Positions 1 through 5,225 of a DNA stretch of 64,000 nt are shown in pieces (within the stretch, counting starts at the first letter, position 1; each line of letters opens with the position of its first letter). The translations under genes and the position numbers were made by a program. The notes beneath the pieces are model-generated. The model saw only the letters and a program-made list of their open reading frames with translations. It ran no database searches and was not told where the DNA came from. The stretch covers positions 1 to 64,000 of IMG/VR virus record IMGVR_UViG_3300032307_000369. One strand, 5' to 3'.

Positions 1-150
1 GGTCTTATCAGTGATCGCTACCTCGCGGTAGTGAGCAGGCTTGTCTAAATGAACTATTACTAGCGGAGTTATGTAGGCATACCTCCTTTGGCTGTGTCAC
101 CACAGTTATTCTTCGTAGACAGCAAGCCGCCTACAGGATGTTAAACCACC
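1..150 (-). ncRNA. Candidate structured ncRNA, runs off the left edge
   Basis: Non-coding and GC-richer than its flanks. Minus-strand pairings: GGCUUG/CAAGCC, CUGUG-guga-CACAG, GGAG-GUAUG/CAUA-A-CUCC, CUACC-gcga-GGUAG, plus a crossing GUAGGC/GCCUAC. Downstream of promoter 296-324. Confidence 0.5.
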
Positions 151-156
151 CTTAAA

Positions 157-241
157 TTCTTATACAACTGCACATTCTGGACCACGCATAGTAGGCATCG
201 GTCATCCTCCTACAGCTATTCAATGTGCATGTGTATAAGAA
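157..241 (-). ncRNA. Candidate ~85-nt structured RNA
   Basis: Long closing stem CUUAUACACAUGCACAUU / AAUGUGCAGUUGUAUAAG enclosing a GUAGG/CCUAC inner helix. Confidence 0.45.
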
Positions 242-295
242 CTTCTTATACTTCTAATTTTTAAAGAGCATTTACTAATTGCTTAGTAAGTATCT

Positions 296-324
296 ATTGT
301 AGCATTAACTTTCGTCTTTGTCAA
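296..324 (-). promoter_or_regulatory. sigma70-type promoter
   Basis: TTGACA-N17-TACAAT on the minus strand. Confidence 0.8.
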
Positions 325-343
325 CACTTTTTTAAAAATATTT

Positions 344-361
344 TGTTGTATTTCAACAACA
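344..361. promoter_or_regulatory. Putative operator TGTTGTA-N4-TACAACA (1 mismatch)
   Basis: tgttgta tttc aacaaca, 19 nt upstream of the -35 of promoter 296-324; perfect copies at 4231 and 56453. Confidence 0.5.
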
Positions 362-375
362 TAGAAAACTTATTA

Positions 376-448
376 GGGGTGACTAACGGGGTTCGAACCC
401 GTACAAAGAGAATCACAATCTCTGATGCTACCATTACATCATAGTCAC
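376..448 (-). tRNA. tRNA-His(GTG), no encoded G-1, incomplete CCA
   Basis: Cloverleaf GTGACTA/TAGTCAC, anticodon arm AGAGA-ttGTGat-TCTCT, T arm ACGGG-TTCGAAC-CCCGT, C73 followed by CCT. Confidence 0.88.
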
Positions 449-454
449 ACCTAA

Positions 455-655
455 TAAGTCTTATGTAGGCTACGAGTTTCCAGCTCGCCCCTACTTGAGT
501 TGCTCACCCTGTCACTGCGTTTTGATGTCTTAATAGTTGCAGTTCTATCCAGCGGTTCGGGAAAACATTTATGTTAACCTACCTTTTCGGGTCACCGCCC
601 CCGACCTATGACGCCAGGCTAGCGACACCGATAACATTCGGTGCTGACGGGATTC
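455..655 (-). ncRNA. Candidate ~200-nt structured ncRNA between tRNA-Arg and tRNA-His
   Basis: Multiple helices: GCACCGA/UCGGUGU, GCGGU/ACCGC enclosing two hairpins, CUGC/GCAG, GUAGG-GGCGAG/CUCGU-AGCCUAC. No ORF with a start codon and SD. Confidence 0.5.
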
Positions 656-730
656 TGGCGCGGCGGATAGGAGTCGAACCTACATAAGACACTTTAGAAG
701 AGTGTTGCCTTTCCATTAGACTACCGCCGC
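656..730 (-). tRNA. tRNA-Arg(TCT)
   Basis: GCGGCGG acceptor strand, anticodon arm ACACT-ctTCTaa-AGTGT, TTCGACT loop, encoded CCA. Confidence 0.95.
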
Positions 731-738
731 ATTACTTT

Positions 739-746
739 TATAAATA
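739..746 (+). promoter_or_regulatory. T4-like late promoter TATAAATA
   Basis: Exact TATAAATA 20 nt upstream of ORF 767. Confidence 0.6.
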
Positions 747-766
747 TTGATTATTAAGGGGACTTC

Positions 767-1369
767 ATGATTACTTCAATTTTTCCAAACAAAGTGTTAA
801 TTAAAGACTTTGATTTGAGTGACGAGTGGAACAACAATGTTACAGCAATAGTAAAAGCCATATTTGCCAAAGAGTTGGCAGAAAGAGGCGATTATGCTGC
901 CGCCGGAAATGACAGTATTTCTGTGTTCACTGAAGAAAACATGAAAGTTTGCCCAGAACTTGTAGAACTAAGACAAATGTTTGTAGACTGCTTTTATGAG
1001 TTGGCTAGTTCATATACTACTAACAAACTCACAAAAGAAGACATTGAACAACGTGTTAGAAAAGATTTAGGTCGTTTACCCTTTATGAAAAAGAATGATT
1101 TCAAACGTGTTCATAATCATGATTCCATGGTAGATGCCTTTGCAATCTTTTATCTAACAGATTTAGATAATGAAAAAGATGGTGGAGAATTAATTCTACA
1201 TGATCCAAGTTTTTCTGGAGTGTTCAACTTCCATGAAAAAAGAACATTTGGTATTGCCACTAAAAAACATAGAATGGTCATTTGCCCAAACCATATTTGG
1301 CATGAAGTGTCAATGTACACTGGCGAAAAAGAACGTGCCACTATTGTGTTAAATCTTAACGCCATATAA
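767..1369 (+). CDS. 2OG-Fe(II) oxygenase, TIGR02466-like
   Basis: HNHD...AIFYL, GGELILHDP, P..WHEV..Y.G..ER motifs; SD AAGGGG. Confidence 0.8.
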   Translation: MITSIFPNKVLIKDFDLSDEWNNNVTAIVKAIFAKELAERGDYAAAGNDSISVFTEENMKVCPELVELRQMFVDCFYELASSYTTNKLTKEDIEQRVRKDLGRLPFMKKNDFKRVHNHDSMVDAFAIFYLTDLDNEKDGGELILHDPSFSGVFNFHEKRTFGIATKKHRMVICPNHIWHEVSMYTGEKERATIVLNLNAI

Positions 1370-1370
1370 T

Positions 1371-1455
1371 TGGTACCCCTCCTCGGATTCGAACCGAGAA
1401 ACCTACGGCACTCCTTTTGAGAGAGCTGACTTTACCAAAATTTGTCCAGAGGGGC
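1371..1455 (-). tRNA. tRNA-Leu(CAA)
   Basis: GCCCCTC/GAGGGGT, anticodon loop ctCAAaa, long variable arm, CCA. Confidence 0.92.
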
Positions 1456-1464
1456 ATATTGAAT

Positions 1465-1680
1465 TTGTTGCAGTAGTTCCACCATCGTTATTGGAACCAT
1501 TCACCTGGATTAACTAGCCCGGGCAGGACTCGGTACGTCACTTGGGATACTTAACCAGCGTAGCAACCAATCTGCGAGGATCTTCCGATCCTCTGGGAGT
1601 TGAACCCATTTGCCTTCTACTATATCAGTCCTTCGAAGAAACCTCTATAGCGTGTTGTTCTCTTGCTGACACTACAACAA
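1465..1680 (-). ncRNA. ~216-nt structured RNA containing a circularly permuted tRNA-like module (Y-RNA/YrlA-like)
   Basis: 10-bp closing stem UUGUUGUAGU/ACUGCAACAA. Internal order: T arm (UGGG-UUCAACU-CCCA), 7-bp hairpin GAGGAUC-GGAA-GAUCCUC, D-like arm GCA-GAUUGGU-UGC. Confidence 0.6.
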
Positions 1681-1684
1681 AACT

Positions 1685-1759
1685 TGGTGCCCCAGGATGG
1701 AATCGAACCACCACACCCTGCTTACAAAACAGGACCTCTACCACTAAGGATACAAGGGC
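1685..1759 (-). tRNA. tRNA-Thr(TGT)
   Basis: Anticodon arm CCTGT-ttTGTaa-GCAGG, TTCGATT loop, CCA. Confidence 0.93.
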
Positions 1760-1765
1760 TAAAAT

Positions 1766-1841
1766 TGGTCTCCCTACTAGGATTCGAACCTAGACCACAC
1801 GGCCCCAAACCGCGGATGCAACCAGGTAACACTTTAGAGAG
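1766..1841 (-). tRNA. tRNA-Pro(TGG)
   Basis: CTCTCTA/TAGGGAG, anticodon arm CGCGG-ttTGGgg-CCGTG, CCA. Confidence 0.93.
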
Positions 1842-1848
1842 ATATAAT

Positions 1849-1943
1849 TGGCGGAAAGCAGAGGAGTCGAACCCCACCCGGCTCATCACCAGGACCCAGT
1901 TTTCAAGGCTGGTCGGGGAACCAACTCCCCTGCATTACTTTCC
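1849..1943 (-). tRNA. tRNA-Ser(TGA) with atypical D arm
   Basis: GGAAAGT/GCTTTCC, G73, loop ctTGAaa, long variable arm, D arm GGGGAG-TTGG-TTCCCC, CCA. Confidence 0.85.
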
Positions 1944-1949
1944 ATAACT

Positions 1950-2023
1950 TGGCGTACCTCCAGGGACTCGAACCCCGACGAACAGTTTTGGAGACTGTCA
2001 TGCTGCCATTACATTAGAGATAC
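1950..2023 (-). tRNA. tRNA-Trp(CCA)
   Basis: Anticodon arm ACAGT-ctCCAaa-ACTGT, G73, CCA. Confidence 0.94.
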
Positions 2024-2029
2024 ATTAAT

Positions 2030-2107
2030 TGGAGTACGGGGTCGGATTTGAACCGACGGTTTTACGGATTTGCAATCCGATGCAATGGGCCGCTCTGCCA
2101 CCCGTAC
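2030..2107 (-). tRNA. tRNA-Cys(GCA)
   Basis: GTACGGG/CCCGTAC, U73, loop ttGCAaa, CCA. Confidence 0.93.
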
Positions 2108-2118
2108 ATAAATTAATT

Positions 2119-2193
2119 TGGTGGTAAAGGTGAGATTCGAACTCACACCGGGCACCGTATGAAGGTGTTGCACAACCATTATGCTACTTTACC
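2119..2193 (-). tRNA. tRNA-CAT (elongator Met or Ile2; not fMet)
   Basis: G1-C72 paired, loop ttCATac, A73, CCA; no three consecutive G-C pairs in the anticodon stem. Confidence 0.88.
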
Positions 2194-2194
2194 A

Positions 2195-2297
2195 TATAGA
2201 AACATACTCCGCAGGAATTGAACCTGCCTACCCGGGAATGTCCCGAGCTGTAATCCGCTACATCTGCTTGGCCTAAGCATTTGAATATGTTTTTATA
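2195..2297 (-). ncRNA. tRNA-like element lacking a 7-nt anticodon loop and CCA
   Basis: T arm GCAGG-UUCAAUU-CCUGC, D-like arm UGCUU-AGGCC-AAGCA, UGUAG-CGGA-UUACA arm, variable arm CGGGA/UCCCG, ~15-bp closing stem. Confidence 0.6.
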
Positions 2298-2371
2298 TGG
2301 TAGGGGCACAGAGAATCGAACTCTGATTTACGGGTTAAAAGCCCGCTACTTTACCATTAAGTTATACCCCC
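2298..2371 (-). tRNA. tRNA-Lys(TTT)
   Basis: Anticodon arm GCGGG-ctTTTaa-CCCGT, TTCGATT loop, CCA. Confidence 0.94.
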
Positions 2372-2400
2372 ATCATCTTACCACTCTTGTCACTTTCCAT
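2362..2400 (-). CDS. 12-aa mini-ORF MESDKSGKMMGV ending inside tRNA-Lys
   Basis: SD AAAGGAG 7 nt before ATG; the last codons and TAA lie in the tRNA-Lys acceptor and D region. Confidence 0.4.
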   Translation of the reverse strand: MESDKSGKMMGV

Positions 2401-2444
2401 GACAGATCTCCTTTTTAAAGTTAAATTTTATTCATAAATACAAG

Positions 2445-2681
2445 ATGACACGTTTATATGCTTATCATTGTATAAAGAAATTTGTAACATTCTTTCCTAC
2501 ACCAGTATTTTTAATACTGTCTTTGTGTAGTATTTTTTATTTTGGTCCTCCTATGTGCGGAGGATTTGCTTACGAAATGGCACTAATGTGGTTTCTTATG
2601 GCACTAGCACATGCAAGACCTTGGATTGAATACATTGAAATCAAACGCTGTCCTAACGGATGCGGTTGCCACACTGAATAA
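2445..2681 (+). CDS. Small membrane protein with Cys/His-rich tail
   Basis: Two hydrophobic stretches, MCG and CPNGCGCH motifs; ATAAATA late-type motif just upstream. Confidence 0.6.
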   Translation: MTRLYAYHCIKKFVTFFPTPVFLILSLCSIFYFGPPMCGGFAYEMALMWFLMALAHARPWIEYIEIKRCPNGCGCHTE

Positions 2682-2684
2682 ACT

Positions 2685-2758
2685 TGGCAGAGGGTACTGG
2701 GATCGAACCAGTGATGACAGAGTCAAAGTCTGTAGTGTTACCGCTACACCAACCCCCA
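2685..2758 (-). tRNA. tRNA-Gln(TTG)
   Basis: Anticodon arm ACAGA-ctTTGac-TCTGT, U1, G73, CCA. Confidence 0.92.
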
Positions 2759-2766
2759 ACAAAACC

Positions 2767-2842
2767 TGGTGCTACCTGTAGGAATCGAACCTACTTCAAC
2801 GGTGCTTCAAACCGCCGCTATGACCACATCAGCTAAAGTAGC
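2767..2842 (-). tRNA. tRNA-Phe(GAA)
   Basis: GCTACTT/AGGTAGC, anticodon arm GCGGT-ttGAAgc-ACCGT, CCA. Confidence 0.92.
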
Positions 2843-2843
2843 A

Positions 2844-2920
2844 TGGCCGGCCCTGAGAGACTCGAACTCCCAACCTCTAGTTTCGAAGACTAGCACTCTA
2901 ATCCATTGAGTTAAGGACCG
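2844..2920 (-). tRNA. tRNA-Arg(TCG)
   Basis: CGGTCCT/AGGGCCG, anticodon arm CTAGT-ctTCGaa-ACTAG, CCA. Confidence 0.93.
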
Positions 2921-2928
2921 TAAAACTT

Positions 2929-3003
2929 TGGTACCCGAAGCAAGATTTGAACTTGCGACCAACGGCTTATCAAGCCGCTGCTCTACCACTGAGCTATCCG
3001 GGT
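2929..3003 (-). tRNA. tRNA-Ile(GAT)
   Basis: Anticodon arm GCGGC-ttGATaa-GCCGT, A73, CCA. Confidence 0.94.
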
Positions 3004-3011
3004 AAATTGCT

Positions 3012-3074
3012 AAGGGACACATTCTAATGTTGTTTGAGACTGAGCTGGGGGTCTGTGTTCAGCAAGTCTCCCTT
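3012..3074 (-). ncRNA. Structured spacer (three-way junction candidate)
   Basis: AAGGGA/UCCCUU closing stem, GAGACU/AGUCUC with GCUG/CAGC, and ACAUU/AAUGU. Confidence 0.35.
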
Positions 3075-3079
3075 CTAAC

Positions 3080-3155
3080 TGGCGCCGTGGACGGGAATCG
3101 AACCCGCCTAAATCGGATAGACAATCCGGTGCTCTACCCAGAGAACTACCACGGC
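3080..3155 (-). tRNA. tRNA-Asp(GTC)
   Basis: GCCGTGG/CCACGGC, loop ttGTCta, G73, CCA. Confidence 0.92.
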
Positions 3156-3162
3156 ATATAAC

Positions 3163-3244
3163 GTAAGGCTATGCGAGCTCATCTGCATACTTAGGCTTTT
3201 TGTCTTCTCCTGCCCGGGCAGTTACGACTGTAGCGTCACCTTAT
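3163..3244 (-). ncRNA. Structured spacer RNA
   Basis: UAAGG/CCUUA closing stem, UGCCC/GGGCA palindrome, UAUGC/GCAUA hairpin. Confidence 0.35.
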
Positions 3245-3247
3245 GAT

Positions 3248-3322
3248 TGGCATCCTGCACGGGTATCGATCCCGTTCCTACACCTTGAAAGGGTGTTGAT
3301 CTAGCCAGTAATCTAGCAGGAT
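3248..3322 (-). tRNA. tRNA-Glu(TTC), A54 T-loop variant
   Basis: ATCCTGC/GCAGGAT, anticodon arm ACACC-ctTTCaa-GGTGT, T-loop ATCGATA, CCA. Confidence 0.9.
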
Positions 3323-3328
3323 ATAATT

Positions 3329-3414
3329 TGGTGGAGCCGGTTGGACTTGAACCAACAATGCACGGGGGCGGCGGATTTACAGTCCACTGGGGTTACCAAT
3401 TTTCCTACGACTCC
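3329..3414 (-). tRNA. tRNA-Tyr(GTA)
   Basis: GGAGTCG/CGGCTCC, loop ctGTAaa, long variable arm, CCA. Confidence 0.94.
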
Positions 3415-3424
3415 AAATTTGTAA

Positions 3425-3625
3425 ACACACTGTCTGCGGCATTTCAGCCCATGCCAGCTCAATGTGTGTATTAAAGCACTCTTCATGGATGAACCCACTT
3501 GCCGTACGGCCTGAGAATGCTTTAATACGTAACCATTTTTTTATCCACACAAGGATAAGCCATCCGGTACGCCGCCCGTTTGCTCCATGTTTTAAGTGCG
3601 GAGCCAGGACCTCGTTTCCTGTATG
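3425..3625 (-). ncRNA. Structured RNA region at the head of the tRNA array
   Basis: ~14-bp stem GUAUUAAAGCAUUCUC/GAGUGCUUUAAUAC with two internal hairpins; ACACAUUG/CAGUGUGU; GCUCC/GGAGC; UUAUCC/GGAUAA. Confidence 0.45.
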
Positions 3626-3641
3626 TTCACACTGTGTACTG

Positions 3642-3815
3642 TTAGTTTACACTAAACGTTGGCAATTTTGCTAACGATTCGTGATAAACTTTGGCACGGT
3701 CAAACTTATCTTGAATAAGTTTTTGAAGTTGTTCTTTAGACATTTCGCCAAGAACAGCTTCATAAGCCTGCTCAACAATACGTTCATTTAATTTTTCGTA
3801 ATCTATCTTTTTCAT
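3642..3815 (-). CDS. 57-aa hypothetical protein (MKKIDYEKLNERIVEQAYEAVLG...), first gene after the attenuator
   Basis: SD AAAGGA, ATG at 3815, TAA at 3642; below the ORF-track cutoff. Confidence 0.7.
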   Translation of the reverse strand: MKKIDYEKLNERIVEQAYEAVLGEMSKEQLQKLIQDKFDRAKVYHESLAKLPTFSVN

Positions 3816-3827
3816 TTTTTCCTTTAT

Positions 3828-3864
3828 AAAAACAAAAACCCTAGGGTTTTTAATCCTAGGGTCC
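3828..3864 (-). terminator. Intrinsic terminator (attenuator) upstream of the tRNA operon
   Basis: 8-bp stem ACCCUAGG/CCUAGGGU, 9-nt loop, then UUUUGUUUUU. Confidence 0.8.
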
Positions 3865-3895
3865 TTGAAGTTTTGAAATGTATTAAGTTTTTTAC

Positions 3896-4042
3896 TTAAC
3901 CATCCCAGCCCTCCCGGACCCTTGTAATCTCTGATGTGCGATCATATCCTAGACTCAGATTAATCACAGACCAATAGGCTGGCATAAAGCCGCCCAACTG
4001 GGGTTTGCAATTATGTTGTCTAAAATTCGATTGCGTTTTCAT
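3896..4042 (-). CDS. 48-aa leader peptide MKTQSNFRQHNCKPQLGGFMPAYWSVINLSLGYDRTSEITRVREGWDG
   Basis: Translated by hand. Lies between tandem promoters and the terminator; codons 41-43 contain AGGGUCC, complementary to the terminator 5' arm. Confidence 0.7.
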   Translation of the reverse strand: MKTQSNFRQHNCKPQLGGFMPAYWSVINLSLGYDRTSEITRVREGWDG

Positions 4043-4096
4043 TTTGATTACCGTTTTACCTTTTTTGTTCACACACTTTTGTAAGTGTATGTGTTA

Positions 4097-4125
4097 ATTG
4101 TATATTTTATTTAGTCTTTTGTCAA
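4097..4125 (-). promoter_or_regulatory. sigma70-type promoter P2 of the tRNA operon
   Basis: TTGACA-N17-TACAAT. Confidence 0.8.
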
Positions 4126-4192
4126 GCACTAATTTGTCTTTTGACAAAATATTTATGACAATTAAAACTGGATACTTTTACAACTTGTCTCT

Positions 4193-4221
4193 ATTGTATA
4201 GTACTTGCTTGGCCTTGTCAA
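4193..4221 (-). promoter_or_regulatory. sigma70-type promoter P1 of the tRNA operon
   Basis: TTGACA-N17-TACAAT. Confidence 0.8.
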
Positions 4222-4230
4222 GAACTTTTT

Positions 4231-4248
4231 TGTTGTATTTTTACAACA
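4231..4248. promoter_or_regulatory. Putative operator TGTTGTA-N4-TACAACA
   Basis: Perfect 7-4-7 inverted repeat 9 nt upstream of the -35 of P1. Confidence 0.55.
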
Positions 4249-4249
4249 A

Positions 4250-4840
4250 CTATTCTTTATCAGCAAGATTGAAGTCTACTGGGATTGCAAGCCTACACTG
4301 TCCTTGGAAAGGATTAACATAATGATACAGGAAACTAGGGAAGATTGCAAATTCTCCTGACTTTGGACTGTATACATTGGATTTAAATTTTGGCATCATC
4401 TCAAGTAGATAGCCTCTGTTTGCGTTGACTCTTGGATCTTCCAGTGTGAGTTCCCCACCCTTGCCATCTTCAACCAATAGATAAAAGACTCCAGTCATGT
4501 GGGATCCTGAGTGATTGTGATTGATCATAAAGTATCCAGGAGAATATCCTGCAACCCATCCACGTAGATAACTGTGTGGGTAATTGGACAAGTCCAAATC
4601 AAAAGATTCTTTTAAAAATGTAGCAAACGCAGGGAGTACTACTTCTGTTTTGAATCGTTCAATTATTGCTGACCCTGACTCAAATATGTTATCTTGAAGT
4701 ATATCGCTTGGCGGATTTTGTAAATCGTAAAGGGCAAACAGTTCACCAACTAGATCATTCAACAGATTCTGATCTTTGATTGAATCTTTAAGCACAGGTG
4801 TGGGCCAAAGATAGTTCATTCCATTAGTTAACAAGGTCAA
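4250..4840 (-). CDS. 2OG-Fe(II) oxygenase, TIGR02466-like
   Basis: HNHSGSHMTGVFYL, GELTLEDPR, FPSFLYHYVNPF...R motifs. Confidence 0.85.
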   Translation of the reverse strand: MTLLTNGMNYLWPTPVLKDSIKDQNLLNDLVGELFALYDLQNPPSDILQDNIFESGSAIIERFKTEVVLPAFATFLKESFDLDLSNYPHSYLRGWVAGYSPGYFMINHNHSGSHMTGVFYLLVEDGKGGELTLEDPRVNANRGYLLEMMPKFKSNVYSPKSGEFAIFPSFLYHYVNPFQGQCRLAIPVDFNLADKE

Positions 4841-5225
4841 ACTCCTTTAAAAAATACATCTTTACATCTGGTATAATACCAATCTCTTCATTAAAATCAA
4901 AACCTACTGCATTCAGTATCTTATTGTATGTATCTTTATCCTGCTCGTAGGGAACATAGTATGGATCGTTGCCATGTAGCAATTCTGGATCATTTAGTGA
5001 TTCGTAAAAATCCTCACTAAAATGCTGGTTAAGCCATCGAGCATAGCATATGGCAACTACATAACTCTTAGCAGGATATACCCAACCTAATTCTGTTGTT
5101 GTAAAATACTTAATGGCGTTTTCTACTATTTCATCTCGTACTTCAACTTTGTGCAGACTTAGATCATCATCGTGTTCAGTATTGAGTCTGTGAAATATCT
5201 CTTGACGTATCTTCCATTCTTTCAT
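4824..5225 (-). CDS. Hypothetical protein of the radical SAM cluster
   Basis: ORF with overlapping neighbours; WVYPAKSYVVAICYA core. Confidence 0.7.
   Translation of the reverse strand: MKEWKIRQEIFHRLNTEHDDDLSLHKVEVRDEIVENAIKYFTTTELGWVYPAKSYVVAICYARWLNQHFSEDFYESLNDPELLHGNDPYYVPYEQDKDTYNKILNAVGFDFNEEIGIIPDVKMYFLKEFDLVN

Noticed and set aside
344-361. CRP/cAMP site linking the cyclase to the 7-4-7 operator
   Set aside because: TGTTGTA-N4-TACAACA does not match TGTGA-N6-TCACA.
1-655. tmRNA, RNase P RNA, or hammerhead/HDV-like (theta) ribozyme in the tRNA spacers
   Set aside because: I found no GGGGCUGA..UUCGA ends or tag frame, no GAGGAAAGUCC, no CUGAUGA/GAAA core, and no convincing HDV P1-P4 layout. 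These need an Infernal search.
1849-1943. Selenocysteine or opal-suppressor tRNA
   Set aside because: The anticodon is UGA (reads UCA, Ser), not UCA, and the acceptor/T stems are 7/5. No SelA, SelB or SelD is present.
1542-3674. ORF-track entries 1542-1793, 1663-1947, 1848-2051, 2807-3022, 3313-3498 and 3462-3674
   Set aside because: They are read-throughs or antisense shadows of tRNA and ncRNA genes, with no SD or protein-like composition.
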